A DNA stretch of 45,343 nt from a virus (Duplodnaviria > Caudoviricetes): positions 1 to 45,343 of IMG/VR virus record IMGVR_UViG_3300027790_000038. The stretch is one strand, 5' to 3'. This document shows positions 1 through 7,835 of this stretch, in pieces. A program made the position numbers and the translations under genes. The notes under the pieces are model-generated. The model ran no database searches and was not told the origin of the DNA. It worked only from the letters and a program-made list of their open reading frames with translations. Every line of letters starts with the position of its first letter. Positions within the stretch are counted from its first letter, which is position 1.

Positions 1-2
1 CC

Positions 3-2219
3 ACCATCGAAGAGGTCCAGCAGTGGGACGCCCAAGGGAAGAACACCGGGATCCTCGCCCGGGACTACCCGGGCATCGACATCGACATCGACGACTCGCA
101 GCTGACTGCTGGTGTGGTCAAGCTGGCGCGGGACATGTTGGGCAACGCCCCTATCCGGATCCGCGGCCCCCGCGCCCTCATGATGTACCGGACGCAGAAC
201 CCCTTCCCCAAGATCAAACTGTATCTCGAGCAGGACGGCGTCGAGCACGCGGTCGAGGTTCTGGGCGACGGACAGCAGTACCTGATCGACGGCGTCCACC
301 CCTCCGGCGATGCGTACACGTGGCATCCCGAGCCCCTGTGGCAGACGGCTGGCCCGGACGACCTGACCTGGGTCGCGAAGTCTGACGTCGAGGCCTTCCT
401 GGTTAAGCTGACGGAGGAACTCGAGGACGAGGGCTGGACCGTGCGGGTCGGCTCCGCTGCGGAGCGCGAACATGCCCCTGATCAGGAGAGTCTGTTGGCC
501 CCCAGCATGGCGGAGCTGGAGAAGGCCGTCATGATGGTCCCGAACCGGGGCGCGTACGACAGCCGCGACGAGTGGCTCAAGATGATGGCCGCGATCAAGG
601 GCGCCGGTGCCGCCGACCCGGGCGCCGCCCTGGACCTCGCCATCAAGTGGAGCCGCACGTGGAACGGCGCGGACGACGCCACAGACGCGAACACCCGCGC
701 GGCCTTCGAGAGCTTCGGCGAGGTCGCGCTGGGTTGGAACTGGATCCGGGACGAGGCCAAGGCCGGCGGGTTCAACGACGCCGCGCTCGTCTTCGACATG
801 GCACCGGAGCCACCGGCAGGATCCACCCCACCACCCCCGCCGGGCAACCCATTCGTGATTGATGGTGTGATCACCTACTCGGATGTGTGGAAGGTCCGCA
901 TGATCCTCCCGGAGCTGCAGGACGTTCTCCGATACGCCAGTGGCGTGTGGTACACGTGGCAGGGCAACCAGTGGCGCCACGACACGCTCGGCGCGCACCG
1001 CATGCTCGTCGAGGATCTCCTTGCCCGGGTCGCGGTCCGCGTGCGGGCATACGCGCAGACGCTGACTGGCTCGATGCAGGATAAGACCATGACCGTGGCG
1101 AAGGGGCTCCAGGGGAAGACCGCGATCGAGAACACGATCCAGCTCCTACAGCCCCGGCTGGCGATGAACCGGGACGACTTCGACCAGAACCTGCTCGTGC
1201 TCGGTGTCCCTGAGGGGCAGGTGGATCTGTCAACAGGGGACCTGTCCCCGGGTGAACCCACGGACCTGATCTCTCGGAGCACCAACGTCACCCCACGCCC
1301 GGGGCCGTCGCCGATGTTCGAAGAGTTCATGCGCCACCTCACCGATGGTGACTCGGAGCTGTGTGGGTTCCTCCAACGGTACGCAGGGTATGCGCTCACG
1401 GGCCGTATGGAAGAGAAGGTCTTTCTCTATGGCTTCGGCTCCGATTCGGACACAGGGAAGAGCACCTTCATCCATATCCTCCAGGGGGTCATGGGTGAGT
1501 ACGCCAAGACGGTGGACATCGAGACCTTCATCAACACGGGCAAAGGTGACACCGGGTACACGCTGGCTCAGCTCCCCGGGATCCGGTTGGTGACCGCCAC
1601 CGAGCCGAAGCGAGGGCAGACGTGGGACGAGAAGACGATCAAGACGATCACGGGAGGGGATGAGGTGCAGGTGCGCGCGATCTACGGACACCCCTTCACC
1701 TTCCAACCCCAGTTCAAGCTGCTGATCGCAGGTAACGCGGAACCGTCCCTGCGGACGGTGGACGACGCGATGCTCCGGCGGGTGTTGATTGTGCCGATGA
1801 ACCAGAAGGTGCTCCCGGAAGAGCGCATCGACAACCTCGCCGAGATGATCATCGAAGACGAGGGCGCGCAGGTGCTGCACTGGATGGTCCAGGGTGCGCA
1901 GGCGTGGGCGCAGGATGGCTTGCAGCTGCCAGCGAAGGTCGCAGACGCCACCCGGGCATACGGTGAGGCGGAAGACGCGATCGGTGAATGGATCGAAGAC
2001 CACTGCGAGTTGGGGATGGATGGACTGGCGCCGAGCGTCGAACTGTTCACCTCCTGGTCACAGTGGTGCCGGGCACGAAACATGGACCCCGGGAGTAACA
2101 AGTCCTTCACACAGGAGTTGAAGGCACGTGGGTTCGAGTACGGACGCACGGCATCTATCCGGGGGTTCGCGGGGATCCGCGTTCGACCCCGAGTCTCTAT
2201 TGGAACGGAGGAATCATGA
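3..2219 (+). CDS. Primase-helicase (Prim-Pol + PriCT-like + D5/P4-type SF3 helicase), 5' part cut by the window edge
   Basis: The frame is open from base 3 (TIEEVQQWDAQGKNTGIL...GIDIDID, Prim-Pol motif). Walker A is DTGKST, followed by RLVTATEP, IKTITGGD and AMLRRVLIVPM, typical of P4/D5 helicases. Confidence 0.92.
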   Translation, partial: TIEEVQQWDAQGKNTGILARDYPGIDIDIDDSQLTAGVVKLARDMLGNAPIRIRGPRALMMYRTQNPFPKIKLYLEQDGVEHAVEVLGDGQQYLIDGVHPSGDAYTWHPEPLWQTAGPDDLTWVAKSDVEAFLVKLTEELEDEGWTVRVGSAAEREHAPDQESLLAPSMAELEKAVMMVPNRGAYDSRDEWLKMMAAIKGAGAADPGAALDLAIKWSRTWNGADDATDANTRAAFESFGEVALGWNWIRDEAKAGGFNDAALVFDMAPEPPAGSTPPPPPGNPFVIDGVITYSDVWKVRMILPELQDVLRYASGVWYTWQGNQWRHDTLGAHRMLVEDLLARVAVRVRAYAQTLTGSMQDKTMTVAKGLQGKTAIENTIQLLQPRLAMNRDDFDQNLLVLGVPEGQVDLSTGDLSPGEPTDLISRSTNVTPRPGPSPMFEEFMRHLTDGDSELCGFLQRYAGYALTGRMEEKVFLYGFGSDSDTGKSTFIHILQGVMGEYAKTVDIETFINTGKGDTGYTLAQLPGIRLVTATEPKRGQTWDEKTIKTITGGDEVQVRAIYGHPFTFQPQFKLLIAGNAEPSLRTVDDAMLRRVLIVPMNQKVLPEERIDNLAEMIIEDEGAQVLHWMVQGAQAWAQDGLQLPAKVADATRAYGEAEDAIGEWIEDHCELGMDGLAPSVELFTSWSQWCRARNMDPGSNKSFTQELKARGFEYGRTASIRGFAGIRVRPRVSIGTEES

Positions 2220-2773
2220 AACGCACGCTGATCTGCAACACCCCTGGATGTGGGCGTTCGGTCACTATCCAACAAGGTGGCCCGACGATCGACCTGGGTA
2301 TCCTCAAGGAGCTGGGGTGGACGAAGTCGGACACAGACCCCCGCCATCACGAAACATTCGGTTGCTACGAACACCCCGTGAGTGACCCCGTGCGTGATCC
2401 CATGCGCGATCGAGCGCAGATCGATGCGGAGATCATCGCAGCGAACTCACCAACCCCTGACGTCTCTGCTGCACGTAAGGCCACGCCTATCTTCTCCGGC
2501 GTGATGGCGTACTTCCCCAACGCACTCGAGGGTGTCGCCCGGCTGAGTCAGGCAGGCAACGACAAGCACAATCCCGGTGAAGATCTGCACTGGGCGCGGG
2601 GTAAGTCGATGGACCACGCGGACTGCATCGCGCGCCACCTCCTCGAGTGGGACGAGATCGATCCGGAGGATGAGATCCCTCACGTCTACAAGGTGGCGTG
2701 GCGGGCGCTCGCGCTCGCGCAGCAGTACGCTGAGGAGCACGAAGGCGCACCTATGTCGCGGGGGTCCCGATGA
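2216..2773 (+). CDS. dATP/dGTP diphosphohydrolase-like (DUF5664-type) protein with a Cys-containing N-terminal extension
   Basis: RKATPIFSGVMAYFPNAL...GNDKHNPGEDLHWARGKSMDHADCIARHL...VAWRALA. ATGA overlap with the primase stop and a GGAGG RBS. Confidence 0.8.
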   Translation: MKRTLICNTPGCGRSVTIQQGGPTIDLGILKELGWTKSDTDPRHHETFGCYEHPVSDPVRDPMRDRAQIDAEIIAANSPTPDVSAARKATPIFSGVMAYFPNALEGVARLSQAGNDKHNPGEDLHWARGKSMDHADCIARHLLEWDEIDPEDEIPHVYKVAWRALALAQQYAEEHEGAPMSRGSR

Positions 2774-2997
2774 GCGCCGCCCTCCCCCCGAACCACGAAG
2801 AGGAAGACCGCCTGATCTGGGCGATCCTCCTCCTCGTGTTGGTGGTGCTCGCCGCCAGCGGCTGCGGACCGAGCCCCGCGGAGCTGCGCATCGCGGACCC
2901 GTGCTACTCACTCACGATCGACACCACATTCACACCGCACGATTCCACTTACACCTGGATGGGTGTGGGTGGGTGCGACACACTGGAAGACCGATGA
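2770..2997 (+). CDS. Small membrane protein or lipoprotein
   Basis: Hydrophobic stretch ending in lipobox-like LAASGC. ATGA-coupled at both ends. Confidence 0.6.
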   Translation: MSAALPPNHEEEDRLIWAILLLVLVVLAASGCGPSPAELRIADPCYSLTIDTTFTPHDSTYTWMGVGGCDTLEDR

Positions 2998-3932
2998 ACG
3001 AACTACGTAGTTACCCGAAAGTCTACAACCTGGGGCACCGCGCCATTCGCGATCTTTTCTTCGGCGACGTGGTCGTGCAGGAGAAGGTAGATGGATCGCA
3101 GTTCAGCTTCGGCATCGTCGATGGGCAGCTGCAGTGCCGCAGCCGGGGTCGGATGATCCCGGACCTCGACGACGCGGGTAAGCTGTTCGCTGGCGCCATC
3201 GCCACGGCCCGAGACGCTGCCGACAGAAACCTACTCATGGAGGGGGCCATCTACCGGGGCGAGGCGATGATGGGGCCACGGCACAATGTCCTCACCTACG
3301 AACGGGCGCCCCGGGGTAACTTCGTCCTGTTCGATGTGGACACAGACGTTGAGGATCGCTGCGACCACCGGGAGGTCTTGGAGGCAGTGGCGGAGGCCCT
3401 ACAGTGCGAGATCACCCCCGAGCACTACCGTGGTCCGATCGACGACCTCGAAGCGATCAAGGCCCTCATCGAGAAGGGCAGCTTCCTGGGCGGCCCCATG
3501 GAGGGGCTCGTCTTCAAGAACTACGACCGCTTCGGCGTCGATGGGAAGATGCTGATGGGCAAGTACGTGACCGACGCTTTCCGTGAGGCCCACAAACAGG
3601 ACCCCAACTGGAAGCCACGCACCAACGCCGGGATCATCGAACAGATCGGTGAGGTCTTCCGCCACGAGCGCCGGTGGGAGAAGTCGATCGAACGGCTGCG
3701 CGATTCTGGTGAGCTGGAGGGGAGTCCCAGGGACATCGGCCCACTTATCCGGGACATCCAGGGCGACGTTCTGGCGGAGGAGTACCACGCGATCGCTAAG
3801 ATGTTTATGGACTACTACGCCAAGGACATCCGCGGCGCGGTCATCAAGGGCTTCCCGCAGTGGTACAAGGAACGCTTGGCGGAGGCCCAGTTCGACCCGC
3901 CCATGGAGTCTCCGACGGACGTACCGGCATGA
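2994..3932 (+). CDS. ATP-dependent RNA ligase (Rnl2-like nucleotidyltransferase)
   Basis: Start moved to the coupled ATG at 2994 (MNELRSYPKVY). Motif I QEKVDGSQFSF, then YRGE, FVLFDV, MEGLVFKN and MGKYV. Confidence 0.82.
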   Translation: MNELRSYPKVYNLGHRAIRDLFFGDVVVQEKVDGSQFSFGIVDGQLQCRSRGRMIPDLDDAGKLFAGAIATARDAADRNLLMEGAIYRGEAMMGPRHNVLTYERAPRGNFVLFDVDTDVEDRCDHREVLEAVAEALQCEITPEHYRGPIDDLEAIKALIEKGSFLGGPMEGLVFKNYDRFGVDGKMLMGKYVTDAFREAHKQDPNWKPRTNAGIIEQIGEVFRHERRWEKSIERLRDSGELEGSPRDIGPLIRDIQGDVLAEEYHAIAKMFMDYYAKDIRGAVIKGFPQWYKERLAEAQFDPPMESPTDVPA

Positions 3933-4246
3933 ACACTTTCCGAGTGCGTTGCCTGGTGGCGCTGAACTGGGACAGACCCGAGGCGATGAACGCAAGGATC
4001 TGCGTGATCCCATCCGATTCAGACAGTGTGGTGGTGGCCCGGAGGGATTCCCCGTTCCCTACCATCAAAGCGGGGGATGTCATCCCGGAGATACTTCAAC
4101 CAGTAACAGACCTGTTGGTGATGCAGCGGTTGAGTTTTCGGTCTTCGGAGGATCTCTCTTACGTAACGGGGCACTTCGATATACAAGTAGCATATCACGA
4201 TCACTCCAACACGATCTACTTGGCTGATAGGGGCGTTCACTCCTGA
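3929..4246 (+). CDS. Hypothetical protein (lower GC than its neighbours)
   Basis: ATG at 3929 overlaps the ligase stop (ATGA). 105 aa with no recognised motif. Confidence 0.55.
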   Translation: MNTFRVRCLVALNWDRPEAMNARICVIPSDSDSVVVARRDSPFPTIKAGDVIPEILQPVTDLLVMQRLSFRSSEDLSYVTGHFDIQVAYHDHSNTIYLADRGVHS

Positions 4247-4278
4247 GTGGGGTTTCGCAAAAAAGTGAACACAGGGGG

Positions 4279-4307
4279 TTGCGTCGAAGAGGCGCAGCCC
4301 CCATTAT
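4279..4307 (+). promoter_or_regulatory. Putative sigma70-type promoter for the DUF932 gene
   Basis: TTGCGT-N17-CATTAT preceded by an A-tract. Overlapped by an imperfect inverted repeat at 4274-4302. Confidence 0.5.
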
Positions 4308-4456
4308 TCTTGGTGTGGGGCGGGACCAAGACAGCGTCGCCCGACAGGAAGCAGGGACCGGATAGCCGCGCAGAGCGAGAGCACCGAAGCTAGGACCGCA
4401 ACAAAAGGTACGGACCGCACGATGCGGTTCCGACTGAAACCAACAGGAGACGTATC

Positions 4457-5530
4457 ATGGAACTCTTCCACGCAGCGAACCAGTGGGCCACCCGTCCCGA
4501 CGACGAGAACTTCGATTCGCTCGAGGACATGTACGCCGCCACCAAGGCATACGCCGACGCGGCGCGTACGAAGACGGTGCCCTTTTCCGATCTCCGCGCC
4601 GAAGCGCGTGAGGGAGATCTGGCGCTCGTGGGGCGGGCCAACCTGCCCGCTCGTTTCACGAACTTCGCCTTCCGTCAGCTGTCGCAGCGCGCTGGTGCCC
4701 CCGCGGGTTACCTGCAGACGTTGCCGGCCACGCTGGCGGCGCAGAACCTCAACTACGGCCTGAAGCGTCACGAGGGTGACGCGCAGCTCCTCTTCCACCG
4801 CAACGGTGAACTGGTGCTGCGGGCCGCCACATCCACGAAGTACGAGCGGGTGTGGAACTACGAGGTGATCGGGCGGCTGGGCAACTTCAGCGCCCGCCAC
4901 GGTCTCGTCCCCGCCCAGCAGACGTTCAGCTGGACCGGTGGTGAGGTCCCCGAGGATGCGCAGAAGGCACTGTACGCGTCCGACCACGACATGTTCGCGT
5001 TCATGATGACGCCCGACCGCACGATCGTTGACCCCACGGGGAACACGCTGCGGCGCGGAGTCATCGTGCAGAATTCCGAGGTCGGTGCGGGGAGCCTGAA
5101 GTTCATGGGCTTCCTCTTCCGTGACGTCTGCGCGAACCACATCATCTGGGGCGCGCAGGAGCTGGCGGAGGTGCGCCTGAACCACGTCGGCGAGATCCGG
5201 GATCGGATGCGCGGCGCGTGGGTCGAGGTTCGGAAGTACATGGACGGCGCCGCCTCGATCGATGAGGCGACGATGGCGAAGACCCGCGTTCACATCGCGG
5301 GCACGAAGGATGAGGTGCTCGACAAGCTCTTCGGGGTCCGCACGCTGCGGCTCTCCCGGAAGGTCCTCACCGCTTCGTACGACGCTGTCGTGCCAGATGA
5401 GGATGGTGACCCCCGGTCCGTCTGGGGGATGGCGCAAGGCATCACCCGCCACTCGCAGACGCTCCCCTACACGGAGGAGCGGCACGAGCTGGACCGCGCC
5501 GCTGGGCGGCTGCTTGAGGCCGCCTTCTAA
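4457..5530 (+). CDS. DUF932-family protein
   Basis: QWATRPDDE.F.SL, FRQLSQRAGAPAGYL, LYASDHDMF and NSEVGAGSL...VCANHIIWG. AGGAG RBS. Confidence 0.85.
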   Translation: MELFHAANQWATRPDDENFDSLEDMYAATKAYADAARTKTVPFSDLRAEAREGDLALVGRANLPARFTNFAFRQLSQRAGAPAGYLQTLPATLAAQNLNYGLKRHEGDAQLLFHRNGELVLRAATSTKYERVWNYEVIGRLGNFSARHGLVPAQQTFSWTGGEVPEDAQKALYASDHDMFAFMMTPDRTIVDPTGNTLRRGVIVQNSEVGAGSLKFMGFLFRDVCANHIIWGAQELAEVRLNHVGEIRDRMRGAWVEVRKYMDGAASIDEATMAKTRVHIAGTKDEVLDKLFGVRTLRLSRKVLTASYDAVVPDEDGDPRSVWGMAQGITRHSQTLPYTEERHELDRAAGRLLEAAF

Positions 5531-5536
5531 GATGCG

Positions 5537-5584
5537 AAAAGAGCCCCCGGGACTCAGAACGTCTGAGTCCCGGGGGCTCTTTTT
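5537..5584. terminator. Bidirectional intrinsic terminator
   Basis: Perfect 22-bp inverted repeat AAAAGAGCCCCCGGGACTCAGA-acg-TCTGAGTCCCGGGGGCTCTTTT, lying between the two convergent arms. Confidence 0.93.
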
Positions 5585-5590
5585 GCGTTC

Positions 5591-7834
5591 CTACCTGTCC
5601 TCTTGCTGCCGCTGTCGCTGCGACTGGACCGCGGCCCCACCGCCGAGCAGCGCACCCAGCTCGTACAGGGGTGTACCCTGCCGCACCAGATCGATGCGCT
5701 CGGCGATGTCGCGCAGCGCGTTCGGATCCGCGCTCAACGGATCCACGCCCGGGGTCCCTGTCGGGGGTCGCGGTGTCGGCGCCCGTATGCCGGCCCTCTC
5801 CAGACTGTCCGCGAATCGCGGATCCGCCATGAGGTGCCCGATCGATACGGAGTTCCGCACGCGTTCGTCCAGCTGTCGCCCGCCGGCGAAGGCCTCTTCG
5901 GGCTTCAGGATGGCCGCCTCAATAGTCTCGAGCGCCCTGCCCTTGTCACCCGCTGCGTTCGTGAGGCCGCGGATGTACGACCAGGACATTTCCTGCAGCT
6001 CCCGGGCATCCACCGCGACACCCGTCAACCGCTCGAACTCCTTGGCCGCGTTACGGACCATGGCATTCTGTGCGAGCGTGCGCCCTTTCGTCCCGACGCC
6101 ACCCGGCAGGGTGCCATAGCCCCGAGCCATGTGCGTGTCGTTGACCACTGGTTCGACCACACCCACCAGGTTGGCATAGAACGGTCCGACCTTCGGTCCA
6201 TTCAGCAGTTCAGGGACCCCACTGTTCACTTCGTCGTCCGTCGCGCGTAGGGCGCGCATCGCGTTCCCGATGTCCGCCTCAAGGTTCGAGTCGATCGCAG
6301 CACGGAGCGCCGCCTCGTCCGTCGGGCGCCCCGCGGCGTTCCAGTTGCCCCAGGTGTTCAGCGCGATGCGCAGGTTCTCCTCGACGCTCTTCTGCGGGCT
6401 CATCGCCGCGAGCAACGCCGTGAACCGAGGGGCCTCGTGTCCGAAGCTTTCCCGGATGGCCTGGCCGGAGCCGAGGTACCACCCACGGGAATCAGCTCCA
6501 CGGATCGCAGCTTGTGCGAACACCTCCGGATCCGGCAGACGGGAGTAGTTCTCCTCCACCGACTGTCGGGTACGTGAGTTCAGCCCACGGAAGTCCGCCA
6601 ACTCTTGCGGGGTCAGACCCTGCTCGATCGCTTCGACCCGACGCGCCCGGGACCGGGCGGACCGGTTATCCCGCCGCAGGCGCGCCCCAGCAGCCGCTCG
6701 CGCCGTTTCGCGGGGTGGGAGGTCCGTTGGTGCCCCTAGGTCGCCGAGGTACTGCAGCGGGCTCTGTGTGCCCCTCCCCCACGGCTGGTCCGCGGTGACT
6801 GGAGGCGCCCCGGGGCTGCCGAAGACCTCCGCCTGCTGCGCGTTGATCATCTCGTCGTAGTCGGTGAAGGCCTGCCCCCGCCCACCAGGCGTCCCGGTCG
6901 GGTCGTAGACCATCGCCACCACGTCAGGCTCCCCCAGGTTGTCGTAGTCCCACCCGGGCGGAGCGTACTCGCGGTTGAACGGCACGCGCCCCGTGGCGCG
7001 GAAGCCGGCCCGGGAGTAGATGTCGGGCAGCACTGTGTCGAACGCGTCGAGCCGGCGCCCGCCCTGGCTCACTCCCTGCATGGCCGCGTACTCACCCCAG
7101 CCCCGGTACGGGGCGTTCGGGTGCTTGAAGACGGAGACGATGTCGTCCCCCTTCAGCGCGTACCCTGCGAGCCCGTCGGGTGTCGTGTAGAGCTGCATGT
7201 CCGCATACTCCTCCGGGGAGTACACGGTGACCGACGCACCCGCGGGGTGCGCGTCGCTGGCCGCGGTGATGGCCTCATGGAAGTCCGCGGGATCCGACTC
7301 GAGCACACGTGGCGTGGACACCCCCGCAGCGGAGAGTGCTTCCTCCACTTCCGGGGTGGGCACGATCGCCTCATCCGATCGGGTGAAGGCACGGGCGAGC
7401 GTCGGATCCGCCCGGCGGACCTGCTGCAGCGTTTCACGCGCGGCGGCCTTCGCGGCCTGTCGCGATGCCGAACTCGCAGCGGCGCCAACGATGGGGACAC
7501 CCGATGCCGCGGCGCTGATCGCGCCGAGCCCCTGCAGTGCGCCCCCGAGGAACGGATGTCCCTCCGCGGACAGATCCTGTCCCACCATGTTCGTCTCGAA
7601 GTCACCGACGGGCGTCAGTGCTGCCAGCGGGTTACGCTGCACATCCTCGACGACCGTGCGCAGGAACCCCGGCACGCCCCGGTCGAAGAACCCTTCCGTC
7701 GTTGGGTCCAACGCTGACCGTAAGGTGCTCAGGAAGCTCGGCGGCGACTCACGTGGGGCCGCTGGGGGCGCCACGCGCGTGGCGTCGGGCTGCGCGAACA
7801 TCTGCTGCAGCTGCTGAAGAAGCTCCGGATCCAT
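5591..7834 (-). CDS. Putative ejected (internal virion) polyvalent protein with GNAT-like and HhH-glycosylase-like domains
   Basis: Last gene of the ejection block. GNAT-like segment DIVSVF...GGRRLDAFDTVLPDIYSRAGF...FNREYAPPGWD. Second domain GWY...LAAMSPQKSVEEN...GPKVGPFYANL...VVNDTHMAR...LQEMSW. Confidence 0.7.
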   Translation of the reverse strand: MDPELLQQLQQMFAQPDATRVAPPAAPRESPPSFLSTLRSALDPTTEGFFDRGVPGFLRTVVEDVQRNPLAALTPVGDFETNMVGQDLSAEGHPFLGGALQGLGAISAAASGVPIVGAAASSASRQAAKAAARETLQQVRRADPTLARAFTRSDEAIVPTPEVEEALSAAGVSTPRVLESDPADFHEAITAASDAHPAGASVTVYSPEEYADMQLYTTPDGLAGYALKGDDIVSVFKHPNAPYRGWGEYAAMQGVSQGGRRLDAFDTVLPDIYSRAGFRATGRVPFNREYAPPGWDYDNLGEPDVVAMVYDPTGTPGGRGQAFTDYDEMINAQQAEVFGSPGAPPVTADQPWGRGTQSPLQYLGDLGAPTDLPPRETARAAAGARLRRDNRSARSRARRVEAIEQGLTPQELADFRGLNSRTRQSVEENYSRLPDPEVFAQAAIRGADSRGWYLGSGQAIRESFGHEAPRFTALLAAMSPQKSVEENLRIALNTWGNWNAAGRPTDEAALRAAIDSNLEADIGNAMRALRATDDEVNSGVPELLNGPKVGPFYANLVGVVEPVVNDTHMARGYGTLPGGVGTKGRTLAQNAMVRNAAKEFERLTGVAVDARELQEMSWSYIRGLTNAAGDKGRALETIEAAILKPEEAFAGGRQLDERVRNSVSIGHLMADPRFADSLERAGIRAPTPRPPTGTPGVDPLSADPNALRDIAERIDLVRQGTPLYELGALLGGGAAVQSQRQRQQEDR

Positions 7835-7835
7835 C

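Noticed and set aside
2577-2993. Long N-terminal extensions given by the ORF track (also 32810, 40872, 11562, 16066, 32508)
   Set aside because: They overlap upstream genes or regulatory DNA. Coupled or promoter-proximal internal starts match the family N-termini better.
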